This document shows, in pieces, positions 1 to 9,146 of a stretch of DNA of 43,606 bases. Each line of letters begins with the position of its first letter. Position 1 is the first letter of the stretch. This stretch comes from an uncultured Pirellulales bacterium. GTDB lineage: Bacteria > Planctomycetota > Planctomycetia > Pirellulales > Thermoguttaceae. The stretch lies in assembly GCA_964434165.1 (NCBI GenBank), contig CAYSUS010000060.1:1-43606 (forward strand), given 5' to 3'. The notes beneath the pieces were generated by a model. It was not told the DNA's origin, ran no database searches, and worked only from the letters and a program-made list of their open reading frames with translations. The position numbers were made by a program, and so were the translations under genes.

Positions 1-15
1 CCTGACTCCTGACCT

Positions 16-1143
16 ATGCTCGACCGCATTCGCACCATGCTCGTGAAGGAATTCATTCAGGTCCTGCGCGACCCGCGGATGAAGGGCGTGGTGTTCGTCA
101 TGCCGGTGGTGCAGCTCATCGTGATCGGCTACGCGGTGACCACCGACGTGCGCCACGTGCCCACGGCCGTGTACGACCTGGACGACAGCCGCGAGAGCCG
201 GCAGCTCGTGGACCAGTTCCTCTCGACCGAGACCTTCGAACTGGTGGAGTACGTGACCGACGGCCGGCGCGTGCAGGAGCTGCTCGATCACGGCGACGCC
301 CAGGTGGTGCTGCACTTCCAGCACGGCTTCGGCGAGCGTCTCCGCGCGGGCCGCCAGGCGCCGATGCAGATCCTCGTGGACGGCACCGACTCGAACACGG
401 CCGGCATCGTGCTCGGCTACGCCTCGCGCATCGCCAACCAGACCGCGCGCAACGTGCTGATCGACCGGTTCCAGCGATTGCAGGGCAAGGTCGATAAGCC
501 GGGCCGCGTCGATCTCCGCACCCGGGCGTGGTTCAACGAGAACCTCGAGAGCCGCAACTTCTACGTGCCCGGGGCCATCGTGGTGATCGTCTCCGTGGTC
601 ACGCTGCTGTTGACCAGCATGGCCGTGGTGCGGGAGAAGGAGATCGGCACCATGGAGCAGGTGATGGTCACGCCGATCCGGCCCGCGGAGTTCGTGCTGG
701 GCAAGACCGTGCCCTTCGCCATCATCGGCATGATCGACGTGACGATCGTGATGCTCATCGGCATCTTCTGGTTCCAGGTCCCCTTGCGCGGCAGCGTGCC
801 GCTGTTGCTGCTGGCGGCCTCGCTCTACCTGGTGACCATGCTGGGGATGGGCCTGTTGATCTCCACCGTCAGCGGCACGCAGCAGCAGGCGATGATGGGG
901 ACGTTCTTCTTCTTCTTTCCCGCGATGCTGCTCTCGGGGTTCGCCTTCCCGATCGCCAACATGCCCGACGTGATCCAGTGGGCGACGTACCTCAACCCGC
1001 TGCGGTACTTCCTCTACATCCTCCGCAGCGTGTTCCTCAAGGGCGTGGGCCTGGAGGTCCTCTGGCCGCACTACCTGGCCCTGGCCGTGCTGGGGGCGGG
1101 GGTCCTGTTCCTCGTGGCCACGCGGTTCCATAAGACGCTGTAA
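16..1143 (+). CDS. ABC-2 type transporter permease, probably the permease partner of an ATPase gene lying upstream of the window.
   Basis: 375-aa ORF with about 6 predicted TM segments, a large first periplasmic loop and a C-terminal TM bundle (FFFFFPAMLLSGFAFP...), typical of the ABC-2/YhhJ permease family. ATG at 16 follows an upstream TGA inside nt 1-15. High GC3. Confidence 0.85.
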   Translation: MLDRIRTMLVKEFIQVLRDPRMKGVVFVMPVVQLIVIGYAVTTDVRHVPTAVYDLDDSRESRQLVDQFLSTETFELVEYVTDGRRVQELLDHGDAQVVLHFQHGFGERLRAGRQAPMQILVDGTDSNTAGIVLGYASRIANQTARNVLIDRFQRLQGKVDKPGRVDLRTRAWFNENLESRNFYVPGAIVVIVSVVTLLLTSMAVVREKEIGTMEQVMVTPIRPAEFVLGKTVPFAIIGMIDVTIVMLIGIFWFQVPLRGSVPLLLLAASLYLVTMLGMGLLISTVSGTQQQAMMGTFFFFFPAMLLSGFAFPIANMPDVIQWATYLNPLRYFLYILRSVFLKGVGLEVLWPHYLALAVLGAGVLFLVATRFHKTL

Positions 1144-1669
1144 GGCTCGCCCCACTTCCGGAGTCTCGAAGACTTCCGGAATCCCCTGCCGTAAGGCGCC
1201 CGGCGGAAACCCCACCGTAAGGCACCACGCGCAGAGCGGCGCGAGCATCGGCGGACTCCTGTTCCGTCCATCCTGTCATCCCTCCAGCGTGCCATCGAAC
1301 GCGTCTTCCATCGACCTGGAAACGCGGAAGTCACTTCGGCGTCATTCCTGGGGGATCATGGGAGCCGGCCGGTCGTGAGGACGTCGCGGGCGCCGGGGAT
1401 CGCTTTCCGCCGGCGCCCTTCCCCCGATTCGAGTGTCCTTCGCTGGTGCAAGCTGCGCGCGGGCCCGCCGGGAGCGCACGATTGCAGGGGTCGTGCGGAC
1501 GGCGCGGCTGGCGCGCAATCCGCCACTTCCCCGGGTGGCGGCCCGCGCCAGGAGGCTGGATTTCCTTGGCATTTGCGAGAGCGGCCGATTAGCATGGAAT
1601 GCATGGGGCGGCCCCGGGGCTGCCTGCGATGGATCGGTCCACATCGCTCCTTCCGAGACGAGGTCGAGT

Positions 1670-1927
1670 ATGAGAGTCCGTTTGCTGTTGGTGGTGCTGT
1701 TCGCCCTCGCGTGGGGTTGGGTCGGCCAGCAGGCCGAGGCGGCCCGATACGCCCGGGCCTCGCGGCACGTTCGCACGTATCACTATGCTCCCCACGACGC
1801 CGCGCGGCACGGCCTTTACACGGGCTATCGGGGTCGGGTCGCCCCGTTCCCCAAGTACCGTCAGATCGACGGCCGGACCCTTTGGGACCTGGGCAAGCAG
1901 AACGGCCAGTGGCCGCGATTCAAATAG
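1670..1927 (+). CDS. Small secreted hypothetical protein, 85 aa.
   Basis: Internal ATG of ORF 1433..1927 gives MRVRLLLVVLFALAWGWVGQQAEA, a signal-peptide-like N-terminus. The 500-nt upstream segment of the ORF is Arg/Ala-rich and unlikely to be coding. No recognisable domain. Confidence 0.35.
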   Translation: MRVRLLLVVLFALAWGWVGQQAEAARYARASRHVRTYHYAPHDAARHGLYTGYRGRVAPFPKYRQIDGRTLWDLGKQNGQWPRFK

Positions 1928-2089
1928 GCTCGCCGCCCCACGGGGCCGGATCCAGCCGCCGGCCCCACGGCGTCGCGCGCCAGAAGCATCAAGCCGGCCC
2001 GAAGCCTTGACTTGGGGCCGGCTTGCGTTTCTTGGCGTGCGGAGAATCGCGACGTGGCGCGTCGCGCGCCTGGTGGGCGGTGTCGGGCT

Positions 2090-3472
2090 TCAGTACATGA
2101 GCACGAAGTCCGCGCCCAGGGTCATCTGGTCGCGGCTGTTGCCGGCGTCGAAGGGAAGCGGATAGGGCCCGACCGGGTTGGCCGGTCCGTCGTACCAGTC
2201 CCACCGCACTTCGGGCCGGATGATCATGTTCGCCTTGGGCTTCCAGTTCAGGCCCACGGTCAGCTCGGTGAAGTTGCCCTGGTAGCCGGGGGCGCCCAGC
2301 CATCCGCGGGCGACCGGCAGGTTGCCCAGCCCCATGACCCGCGTGCCGTCGTCGTCGCGAAACCACTCGGCGCGGATGCCGGCGGACCAGTTCTCGTTGA
2401 TCGTGTAGAGCAGGTAGTTGGTGATGCCGTACCACTCGGCGTCGGGCTGGCCCGGGGCGTTGTTGAGATGTCCGAGGTCGTTTTCGATGACGTACAGGAA
2501 CCTCTCGGTGAGCTGGGCCTTCAGCACGATGCTGTGGACGTACTGCTCGGTGGCCAGGGCGTCGTCGTTGCGTCCCACGTCGAAGGCGTAGGCCACGGAG
2601 AAGCGGCTGTCGGGGCTGGTCCACATCAGGCCGCTCTGCACGCTGAACTGGCCGTTGTTGTCCTCGAAGCGGTTGAATCCCTGGTGGAAGCCGCACAGCG
2701 CCGTGATCTGCTCGTTGAGCTGGTACTTGCCCATCAGGCCGGTGATGATGATCGGCTGGCTGTAGCAGATGGCGTAGTTGTGCGAGTAGAAGAAGTTGCC
2801 CATCGGCGGCACCATCTCATAGCCGAGGATGCCGACCATGCGGCCCATCTTCACCGAGAGGTCGCCGTAGCCGGCCTCGAGGTAGAACTGCGGCAGGGAC
2901 AGGCCGTAGAGCTGGTCGGGGCCGTTGAGCTGGTCCTCGGCCCCGAAGCCGTGGAACGCGGCCACGCGGAAGTCGGTGCCGTAGAACATGTCGAACCGCC
3001 CGCCGAGGTCGAATCCGTCGCTCGTGTCGATGGGGCGCTCCACGTAGAACCACAGCTCGTTGAGCATCAGGTCGGCGTGGCGGTCGTTGGTGAGTACCGG
3101 TCCGTTGGAGCGGTCGAACGGGTCGCGGTCGCTCATCGTGATGCCGGCCTGGAGCCATCCGCCGGCGTTGATCCCCAGCGTCTGGAGCAGGGCCGGCTGG
3201 GGCAGCTTGAACGGATCGGCGGCCAGCCACCGGGCGAACACGCCCTCGCCGCCGCACGGGCGGCACGGATCGCAGCAGGGCGCGCACGCCTCGTACGGAT
3301 CGCAGACGCCCGGCTCCGGGGCAACCGGCGGCGCTTCGAGCGTTACGTCGGGCGGCGCCGGCTCGGCGTAGTCGGTCGAAACGGGGATGACCCCGTTGGG
3401 TTGGAACAGCGCTTGCGCGTGCGCGGCGGCTCCACCGGCCGCCAGGACAATTGCCATGACCAGGAATCGCAT
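2090..3472 (-). CDS. Outer-membrane beta-barrel (porin-like) protein with a Cys-rich N-terminal segment.
   Basis: Start chosen at the internal ATG (cat 3470-3472) giving signal peptide MRFLVMAIVLAAGGAAAHA. Alternating hydrophobic, aromatic-rich beta-strand pattern throughout. C-terminal ...GADFVLMY with terminal aromatic residue, typical of OM beta-barrels. Cys cluster CDPYEACAPCCDPCRPCGG just after the signal peptide. Confidence 0.6.
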   Translation of the reverse strand: MRFLVMAIVLAAGGAAAHAQALFQPNGVIPVSTDYAEPAPPDVTLEAPPVAPEPGVCDPYEACAPCCDPCRPCGGEGVFARWLAADPFKLPQPALLQTLGINAGGWLQAGITMSDRDPFDRSNGPVLTNDRHADLMLNELWFYVERPIDTSDGFDLGGRFDMFYGTDFRVAAFHGFGAEDQLNGPDQLYGLSLPQFYLEAGYGDLSVKMGRMVGILGYEMVPPMGNFFYSHNYAICYSQPIIITGLMGKYQLNEQITALCGFHQGFNRFEDNNGQFSVQSGLMWTSPDSRFSVAYAFDVGRNDDALATEQYVHSIVLKAQLTERFLYVIENDLGHLNNAPGQPDAEWYGITNYLLYTINENWSAGIRAEWFRDDDGTRVMGLGNLPVARGWLGAPGYQGNFTELTVGLNWKPKANMIIRPEVRWDWYDGPANPVGPYPLPFDAGNSRDQMTLGADFVLMY

Positions 3473-3850
3473 CGTCGTGCTCCGTCGCGGTGAATCGGGG
3501 GGCGTTGATGCCCGGACCAGGGGGAGAAGGCCCTTCCCAGGCAGACTCCGACGCATGCCCTCGACGACTGGGCGGCGCGGGCCAGAGTAACTGATCGCTC
3601 GCAGGCCGGTCCCGCTTGAAGCCTTCTTCGGCCTTCGTCCGGCCACGGACTCCTCAGAAGGCGCCGCGCGCGCAAGGTGCCGATCGCACAAAGATGACGG
3701 GGGCCGGGCTGCAGACGGCCGCGCGGACCGGCGCCTTCACGACCCGCACAAAGCGAATCGGCGACGCCGTCGGCACGACCGCGAGGCCGCAGCGCCATGA
3801 CGCGATTCGGAAAACCGAGACCACGAGCCCGGCCTCCGTGCGCAGCACGG

Positions 3851-4723
3851 TCACGGCGCGAAGAAGGCCATCAGGATCTTGGTGAGGATCTGCTCGCCGT
3901 ACTCGTTGGCGTGCACGCGGTCGCGGTAGAAGAGGTGCGGGTGGACGTCGGCCGAGCGGAGGTACTCCGCCCAGGGAGTAGTCATGTCGAGGTAGGCGCA
4001 ACGCTCCTCCGCGGCGAGCTTCCGAAGGGCCGCGCCGTACTCGCCCGTGCCCGAGTGACCCGCCCTGGCCAACGCCTTGGGGTCGCGGGGGTCGGCCGTG
4101 CCGAAGGTGCCCGTGGCCAGAAGGATCTCCACCTGGGGCAGTCCCGCGCGGAGCTGGTGGATCACCTCGCGGATGCTGTCGATGTCGCGCTGGCTGATGC
4201 CGCCGATGAAGACCAGGTCGGGCCGCCGGGGTACGATGTGCTTCTTCACGCGGCCCTCCTCCTTGTAGTGGTGGCAGCCGCCGCCGCCGCGCACGTACAC
4301 GGTGCCGCGGATTTCGGCCTTGGGATAGGCCTCCTGGAGCTTGGCCAGCCAGCCGGACCGCATCGTGTCGTTGACGATGCTGTCGCCCACGGCCAGGAGG
4401 TGAAGCGCGCCGCCCTCGGTAAGAACCCTCCGGGTCTTCTCAAGGTGCTTCCAGTCCGGCTTGGGCGGCGTGAACTTGCCCGGGGGCATCTCGCGCTGGA
4501 TCTTGTCGATCTGCTCCAGCGACCGCTCCGGCGTGCCGAAGATCGCGTAGCCTTCCTCGGGCGACTCGCGGTCGTTCGAGCGCCGGTCGGGCGGGTTCTT
4601 GCTGGGAAGCGCCCCCTTCTCCGGGAACGTCACGGGCGAGTCCTTCATCAGGTCCGCCCGAGCGGTGAGGCAGAACGCCAGCAAGAGGACGGTCAACGTG
4701 GCGACGCGGCAGGCGGCATGCAT
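3851..4723 (-). CDS. Secreted SGNH/GDSL-family hydrolase (lipase/esterase-like).
   Basis: 290 aa with signal peptide MHAACRVATLTVLLLAFCLTARA. Block I motif LLAVGDSIVND contains the GDS(x) nucleophile motif. Later conserved blocks (G.., D..H-like DRVHANE) fit the SGNH fold. Confidence 0.8.
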   Translation of the reverse strand: MHAACRVATLTVLLLAFCLTARADLMKDSPVTFPEKGALPSKNPPDRRSNDRESPEEGYAIFGTPERSLEQIDKIQREMPPGKFTPPKPDWKHLEKTRRVLTEGGALHLLAVGDSIVNDTMRSGWLAKLQEAYPKAEIRGTVYVRGGGGCHHYKEEGRVKKHIVPRRPDLVFIGGISQRDIDSIREVIHQLRAGLPQVEILLATGTFGTADPRDPKALARAGHSGTGEYGAALRKLAAEERCAYLDMTTPWAEYLRSADVHPHLFYRDRVHANEYGEQILTKILMAFFAP

Positions 4724-5055
4724 GGGAGGCCTTTGGGTGGGAGGCGCGGGGAGGGCAGTCGTGACGGGTGAGATGGCCTCAGCCTAGTCGGGCAAGCGGC
4801 CGGGGGCAAGTCGGCCCGGCAACGCGGTCGCATCCCCCCTTCCGCGGACCTGGGGTGGGGCTGGCTCGATTCCACTACCGGGGGACGGACTGATCCTCCG
4901 TCGGGAGCTGGCGTGGCGAAATCCGCGCGGGAGGGAGGAGACTTCTTGCAGCGGGGAGTGTTTAATCCTCGTTGGCGTTTGCGTGGGCGAACGCCTTCTC
5001 GGGGTACGCCGGAGGTCGGCGCTCCCCATCGTAACTGCTGTCGAGGAGACGGAAG

Positions 5056-5388
5056 ATGCTGCGACGGTTGTCCACCCTGCTGCTGGTCGGTCTGGCTCTG
5101 GTGATCGGCGCCACTTCGGCGTCCGCGTTCCCGGACAAGAAGAAGGACGGGAAGAAGCCGAAGAAGACGGTTGAGGAGCGCTTCAAGGCGCTCGACAAGG
5201 ACGAGAGCGGCGACCTGACCCTCGAGGAGTTCCTCGCGCCCATCAAGAAGGATGAGGCCAAGGAGAAGGCCAAGGAGGTCTTCAAGAAGAAGGACAAGAA
5301 CGGCGACGAGAAGCTCACGCTCGAGGAGTTCAAGGGCGGCAGGAAGAAGGACGGCAAGAAGAAGGACGGCAAGAAGAAGGACGCCTAG
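5056..5388 (+). CDS. Small secreted EF-hand calcium-binding protein, Lys/Asp-rich.
   Basis: Signal peptide MLRRLSTLLLVGLALVIGATSASA. Two canonical EF-hand loops, DKDESGDLTLEEF and DKNGDEKLTLEEF. C-terminus is built from (G[KR]KKD)x3 repeats. Confidence 0.75.
   Translation: MLRRLSTLLLVGLALVIGATSASAFPDKKKDGKKPKKTVEERFKALDKDESGDLTLEEFLAPIKKDEAKEKAKEVFKKKDKNGDEKLTLEEFKGGRKKDGKKKDGKKKDA
5338..5382 (+). repeat. 3 x 15-nt in-frame tandem repeat (ggcaRgaagaaggac) encoding G[RK]KKD x3 at the C-terminus of the EF-hand protein.
   Basis: Direct reading of the sequence at 5338-5382. One mismatch in the first unit. Confidence 0.6.
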
Positions 5389-5809
5389 GGCCTTAGGGGC
5401 CCGCCAAACGCGCCGGCCCTTGCCGGTCGGCTCCGATCGTAAGACCCCGTTGCCGCCTCCTCCCGTTGTGCCGCGGTCACCCCGCCGCGGCGCCGGATGA
5501 GATTCTCGAGGGGTCGAGCGCGCTTGCCGGCGCTCGGCCCCTTTCGTGCGCGCCCTCGCCGGCGCGCACGTGCGGGAGGGCGCGGCTCTTTGGAGACAGG
5601 GACGGCCGCGGGACCGGGGATGCGCGTCGCCCACTTCAGGCCCAGCCGAATGCCCTGGAGCACGGCCCCCGAACAGCGGCGGGGGCCCGCGCTGAACGGC
5701 GCGCTTCTCGCTCGCCGCGGCGTGCTGGGGCGATCGATACGGGTTGGCGTCGCGCGAGGCTCGAACCCGTGAGGCTCGTGCGGTGCATCCCCAGCCGCGC
5801 CGGGCCGGC

Positions 5810-6691
5810 TCACGCCAGCGCCTTGCGGATCAGGTCGAGCGTCTCGTCGATCTGCTCGATCTTGGAGAAGCCGATGGTGAAGGCATCCACCGCGCCGGTG
5901 CCGAACACGAACTTCAGCGACTGAAGACGCTGCTCGGCGCCTTCGAAACCGCTCTCGCCGAAGACCTTCATGCCCAACACGCCGCGGCCCTTGGCGTGCA
6001 TCTTCTTCACCTCGGCGGCCACGTCCTCGACCTTGCCGTCCATCTTGACGCCGAAGGGATTGATCCGCACCAGGTGCACGTCGATCCAGTCGCAGTCGAC
6101 CGAGGCGGCCAGGGGCTCCCAGCCGTGGCAGGAGACGCCCACCGCGCGCACGCGGCCCTTCTCCTTGGCCTCGGAGAGCACGTCCATCACGGGCCGCATG
6201 TCGGTGGGGAAGCTCGCCGTGGTCATACAGTGCATGAGCAGGCAATCGATGTAGCCGCAACGCATCTCGCGGCGGAACCGCTCGATGTCCGCCCTGGCCA
6301 CCTCGGGATGCTTCGCCCGGGTCTTCGTCTGGATGAAGAGCTGCTCGCGCGGCAACTCGGCGATGGCGAACCGGGTGAACAGGTGCGTGGCGTACATATC
6401 CGCGGTGTCGATGTAGCGCACGCCGCGGTCGAAGGCCTCGCGCACCAGCTTGACGAACCCCTGCTGGCCGAGCTCCAGCTGCTCGCGCCCGCCGCGCGTG
6501 CCCGTGCCGATCCCCAGCACGCTGGTCTTCACGCCGCTGCGTCCCAGCGTGACGAGATCCGTTCCGCTGGTCACCTTGGCGGGCTCGGCGGCGGCTTCCT
6601 TCTTCTCCTCGGCCCCGGCGGCGCGTCCCATCCACGCCGCGGCCCCCGCGGCGGCGGCCCCCTTCAAGAATCGACGACGCGAGACGGACAT
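5810..6691 (-). CDS. Aldo/keto reductase family oxidoreductase with twin-arginine (Tat) signal.
   Basis: N-terminus MSVSRRRFLKGAAAAGAAAW is an RRxFLK Tat motif. Remaining sequence has AKR-like TIM-barrel blocks (RYIDTADMY, GVSCHG). AAGGA RBS about 5 nt upstream of the ATG on the minus strand. Confidence 0.75.
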   Translation of the reverse strand: MSVSRRRFLKGAAAAGAAAWMGRAAGAEEKKEAAAEPAKVTSGTDLVTLGRSGVKTSVLGIGTGTRGGREQLELGQQGFVKLVREAFDRGVRYIDTADMYATHLFTRFAIAELPREQLFIQTKTRAKHPEVARADIERFRREMRCGYIDCLLMHCMTTASFPTDMRPVMDVLSEAKEKGRVRAVGVSCHGWEPLAASVDCDWIDVHLVRINPFGVKMDGKVEDVAAEVKKMHAKGRGVLGMKVFGESGFEGAEQRLQSLKFVFGTGAVDAFTIGFSKIEQIDETLDLIRKALA

Positions 6692-6855
6692 GGCGGCAGT
6701 CCTTATTGCTCGGGTAATGGTCGTTCGCGATTCGGCTTCTCGCCGAGCCGTACCGATATTAGAGCGAGCCGGCGGCGGCGGGGCAACGGGCTCCCATCCC
6801 GCCCGGTCCTGGCGCGTCCGCCGGCATGTTTCGGGTCGCCGGCGCGTGGGGAGCG

Positions 6856-7155
6856 TTAGCGCTCGGAGGCCGGAACCTTGGGCGTCTCCGTGGATCTGCC
6901 CGAAACCGAGACGGCAGCCCCGCGCGTCGGTCGTGCCTGCCCCGGCGTACCTTCGGTCCGAGCCAGCAGCTCCGCTCTGTGACGATACAAGATGGCGATC
7001 AGCTCATCGTCTTCGATGGATCCCAGCCCCTTGCCTACATGGGCTTCGCCGAGGAACCCGAGATGCGCCAACAACTGCCCGATCCGGACGTTGGGCGACA
7101 GCGAGCACACCTCCGCCAGCACGGCCAATGCTTCCTTCTGGGCGTCCGAAGTCAT
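6856..7155 (-). CDS. Hypothetical small protein (99 aa), distal gene of a translationally coupled pair/triplet.
   Basis: ATG overlaps the stop of the upstream gene (ATGA overlap at 7152-7155). GC3 around 80%, consistent with coding. No recognisable domain (MTSDAQKEALAVLAEVCSLSPNVRIGQLL...). Confidence 0.4.
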   Translation of the reverse strand: MTSDAQKEALAVLAEVCSLSPNVRIGQLLAHLGFLGEAHVGKGLGSIEDDELIAILYRHRAELLARTEGTPGQARPTRGAAVSVSGRSTETPKVPASER

Positions 7156-7448
7156 GTCAACAGGTCTCCGATCCTCGGCAGCGCGGCACAGGGCCGGGGG
7201 AGTCTGCCAATCACCTCCACCCTGATGAGCGTACCGGGCGCCAGCCTAGCCATGCGTGTCGCCCGGCTTATTTCATTATTCAGCACGAGGGCCCCGTCCG
7301 CCCCCTCGTAAACCCAGGGCAGAGGCATTCCTTCCGCGCAGCGGCCGAAGAGAGATATCTGCCGGGCGCGCTTCTCCGGTTCCGCTCCTTGCGCGCGCGA
7401 CGGCGGGAGCCGCAAGTCGCGGGGATCGACGTGACGGAAGTCAGCCAT
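7152..7448 (-). CDS. Hypothetical small protein (98 aa).
   Basis: Internal ATG (cat 7446-7448) of ORF 7152..7856. GC3 around 80%, versus about 60% for the ORF part upstream of it. MADFRHVDP...WVYEGADGALVLNNEISR...IRVEVIGR is faintly DUF2283-like (YD.E.DaL.i.l). Confidence 0.4.
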   Translation of the reverse strand: MADFRHVDPRDLRLPPSRAQGAEPEKRARQISLFGRCAEGMPLPWVYEGADGALVLNNEISRATRMARLAPGTLIRVEVIGRLPRPCAALPRIGDLLT

Positions 7449-7800
7449 AGTGGAAGGGCCTGGGAGACACTGACTTGAGCCTTGCGCCCCGGCCCGGTTC
7501 CTTCCCTGGCGGGGATGGCTCAACTCCGGTCGATGGCGATCCACAGTCGCTCTCGTCGCTTGCGCGGACGGAATGCAGAAGGCTTCGGATCGTTTGCTCG
7601 TGCGACTGATAGTCCGGATGCATGAACACGAATGCAATCGTCCGGTCGCCGGACTCCTTGTGTCGAGTGTCGACGTGGGCCGTCGCGCCATAGTCGTGAT
7701 AGAACCGACGGTCGCTAAGAACGACGCCGGCAGTTGCGTTCGCGCCGGCGAGGGTCCGCAGCCCAGGACGAAGAGCAACGGGGCCAGTGCAAGCGTAGAG
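7441..7800 (-). pseudogene. Candidate frameshifted lipoprotein gene: intact signal peptide and lipobox in one frame, protein-like body in another.
   Basis: Frame A (in ORF 7152..7856) encodes ...VRSTLALAPLLFVLGC|GPS, an n-region, h-region and L-G-C lipobox. A GAAGGAG RBS lies upstream of a GTG. Directly after the lipobox this frame degenerates into an R/S/T-rich, low-GC3 string. The +2 frame instead reads ANATAGVVLSDRRFYHDYGATAHVDTRHKESGDRTIAFVFMHPDYQSHEQTIRSLLHSVRASDESDCGS...FHYG* with GC3 about 75% and no upstream start. Its TGA overlaps the ATG of gene 7152..7448 (ATGGCTGA). Confidence 0.25.
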
Positions 7801-8134
7801 CGCACGAGAATACCCCCGGCTCCTTCGCGACCGGCCGGCGGACGAGCAGGGATCAAATCACAATCGGCCCCCCCCTCGCTCGCTGACAGTACGCCGGATA
7901 TGGTGATGGTGCAACAGGTGGGTCCCGCGTTGAGTCCCGCAGGAAGCGGCCGTCCTCCCGACCCAGGTGTCGCCCCTGGCGGGGCTCTCGGACGCCGTGA
8001 CGCGAGGATCCGCGGATCTGGGGCTTATGTGCCAGGCGAAGGGCGGCCGCCTCTCCCGGAGCTTTCGGGCTAGAGCCTCCGGCCGCCCGAGGCAGCCGCG
8101 ATGCGGCCTGGAATCGCCGCGCCCTTGGAGTAAG

Positions 8135-9016
8135 ATGGGGGGCAGCATGTCGCATCGCGTTTCCCGCGCCACGTCGCAGCCCGTCATCCTCCGGAGCCCA
8201 CTCGTGAACGTGATCTACCTCCTGGCCGCCACCCTCGCCGTCGTCTCGCTGGTGTGCTTTTCGGCCGAGCCGTGCCCGGCCGACGACGAGTTGTTTCTGC
8301 TCCGCGATAAGACCGAGGGACGCGTGTTCCGCGGCCGGGACGGCGGCACGCTGCCTTACCGGCTGCTCGTGCCCGACGGATACGACAAGACCAGGAAGTA
8401 TCCCCTTATTCTCTTCCTGCACGGGGCGGGCGAGCGGGGAAGCGACAACCAGAAGCAGCTTTTCCACCCCGACGTGCTGAACCTCGCCGAGGCCCGGCAC
8501 GCGGCCAGGCACCCGGCGTTCGTCGTGGCCCCGCAGTGTCCGGAGGGAGAGAAGTGGGTGGACGTGGACTGGTCGGCGGTGCCGCACCACAAGACGCCCG
8601 AAGAGCCCAGCCCCTCGATGCGCCTGACCATGGAACTGCTCGAGGCGATCCAGAAGGAGTACCGCATCGACCCGGACCGGCTCTACGTGACCGGCCTGTC
8701 GATGGGCGGGTACGGGACGTTCGACCTGCTCGTGCGGCGGCCCAGGCAGTTCGCCGCGGCGGTGGTCGTGTGCGGCGGGGCCGACGACAGCCGGGCCGCG
8801 GAGTTCGCCCACGTGCCGCTGTGGATCTTCCACGGCGAGAGGGACGGGGCCGTGCCCGTGGCCCGCTCGCGCAGCGTGGTGGCAGCCCTCCAGAAGGCCG
8901 GCGCGAAGCCCAGGTACACGGAGTATGCCGGCCAGGGGCATCCCATCTGGAAGCGGGCCTACGCCGAGCCGGGCCTGGGCGAGTGGCTGTTCGGCCAGGT
9001 ACGAAAAGCCGATTGA
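8135..9016 (+). CDS. Secreted alpha/beta-hydrolase (COG4099-like esterase/peptidase).
   Basis: Internal ATG of ORF 7967..9016. N-terminal hydrophobic signal/anchor (VNVIYLLAATLAVVSLVCFSAEP). LILFLHGAGERG oxyanion region, nucleophile elbow GLSMGG, downstream Asp (HGERDGAVP) and His (GQGHPIW). Confidence 0.8.
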   Translation: MGGSMSHRVSRATSQPVILRSPLVNVIYLLAATLAVVSLVCFSAEPCPADDELFLLRDKTEGRVFRGRDGGTLPYRLLVPDGYDKTRKYPLILFLHGAGERGSDNQKQLFHPDVLNLAEARHAARHPAFVVAPQCPEGEKWVDVDWSAVPHHKTPEEPSPSMRLTMELLEAIQKEYRIDPDRLYVTGLSMGGYGTFDLLVRRPRQFAAAVVVCGGADDSRAAEFAHVPLWIFHGERDGAVPVARSRSVVAALQKAGAKPRYTEYAGQGHPIWKRAYAEPGLGEWLFGQVRKAD

Positions 9017-9146
9017 AGGAGAGCCGAGGCGGACCTGGAAGCGTGACCCTCCACGCCGTGGACCTCTCTTCCCGGAAGCGCGCAAGGCGGTTCTGGGCGA
9101 GGGGGACCGGGCGGTGCGAGATGCCGAGCACGCGCTGAGCACCCTC

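Noticed and set aside
1144-1669. Possible structured RNA or riboswitch in the 526-nt gap (direct repeats ccgtaaggc x2, cttccgga x2).
   Set aside because: Only short low-complexity repeats. No recognisable conserved riboswitch core. Cannot be supported without covariance-model searching (Infernal/Rfam).
2090-3691. N-terminal 73-aa extension of the porin ORF (start at 3691).
   Set aside because: The extension is Arg/Pro/Ser-rich, with no signal peptide. A canonical signal peptide begins at the internal ATG (3472), so the shorter gene model was preferred.
5388-5402. 5-bp GC hairpin (gggcc-ttagg-ggccc) right after the EF-hand gene stop, as a terminator.
   Set aside because: Stem too short and no U-tract. 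Listed only as a weak possibility.
7152-7856. 234-aa ORF as a single gene (MIPARPP...).
   Set aside because: GC3 of the upstream 136 codons is only about 60% (versus about 80% for the last 98 codons), and the protein is low-complexity after the lipobox. Better explained as a frameshifted lipoprotein remnant plus a separate 98-aa gene.
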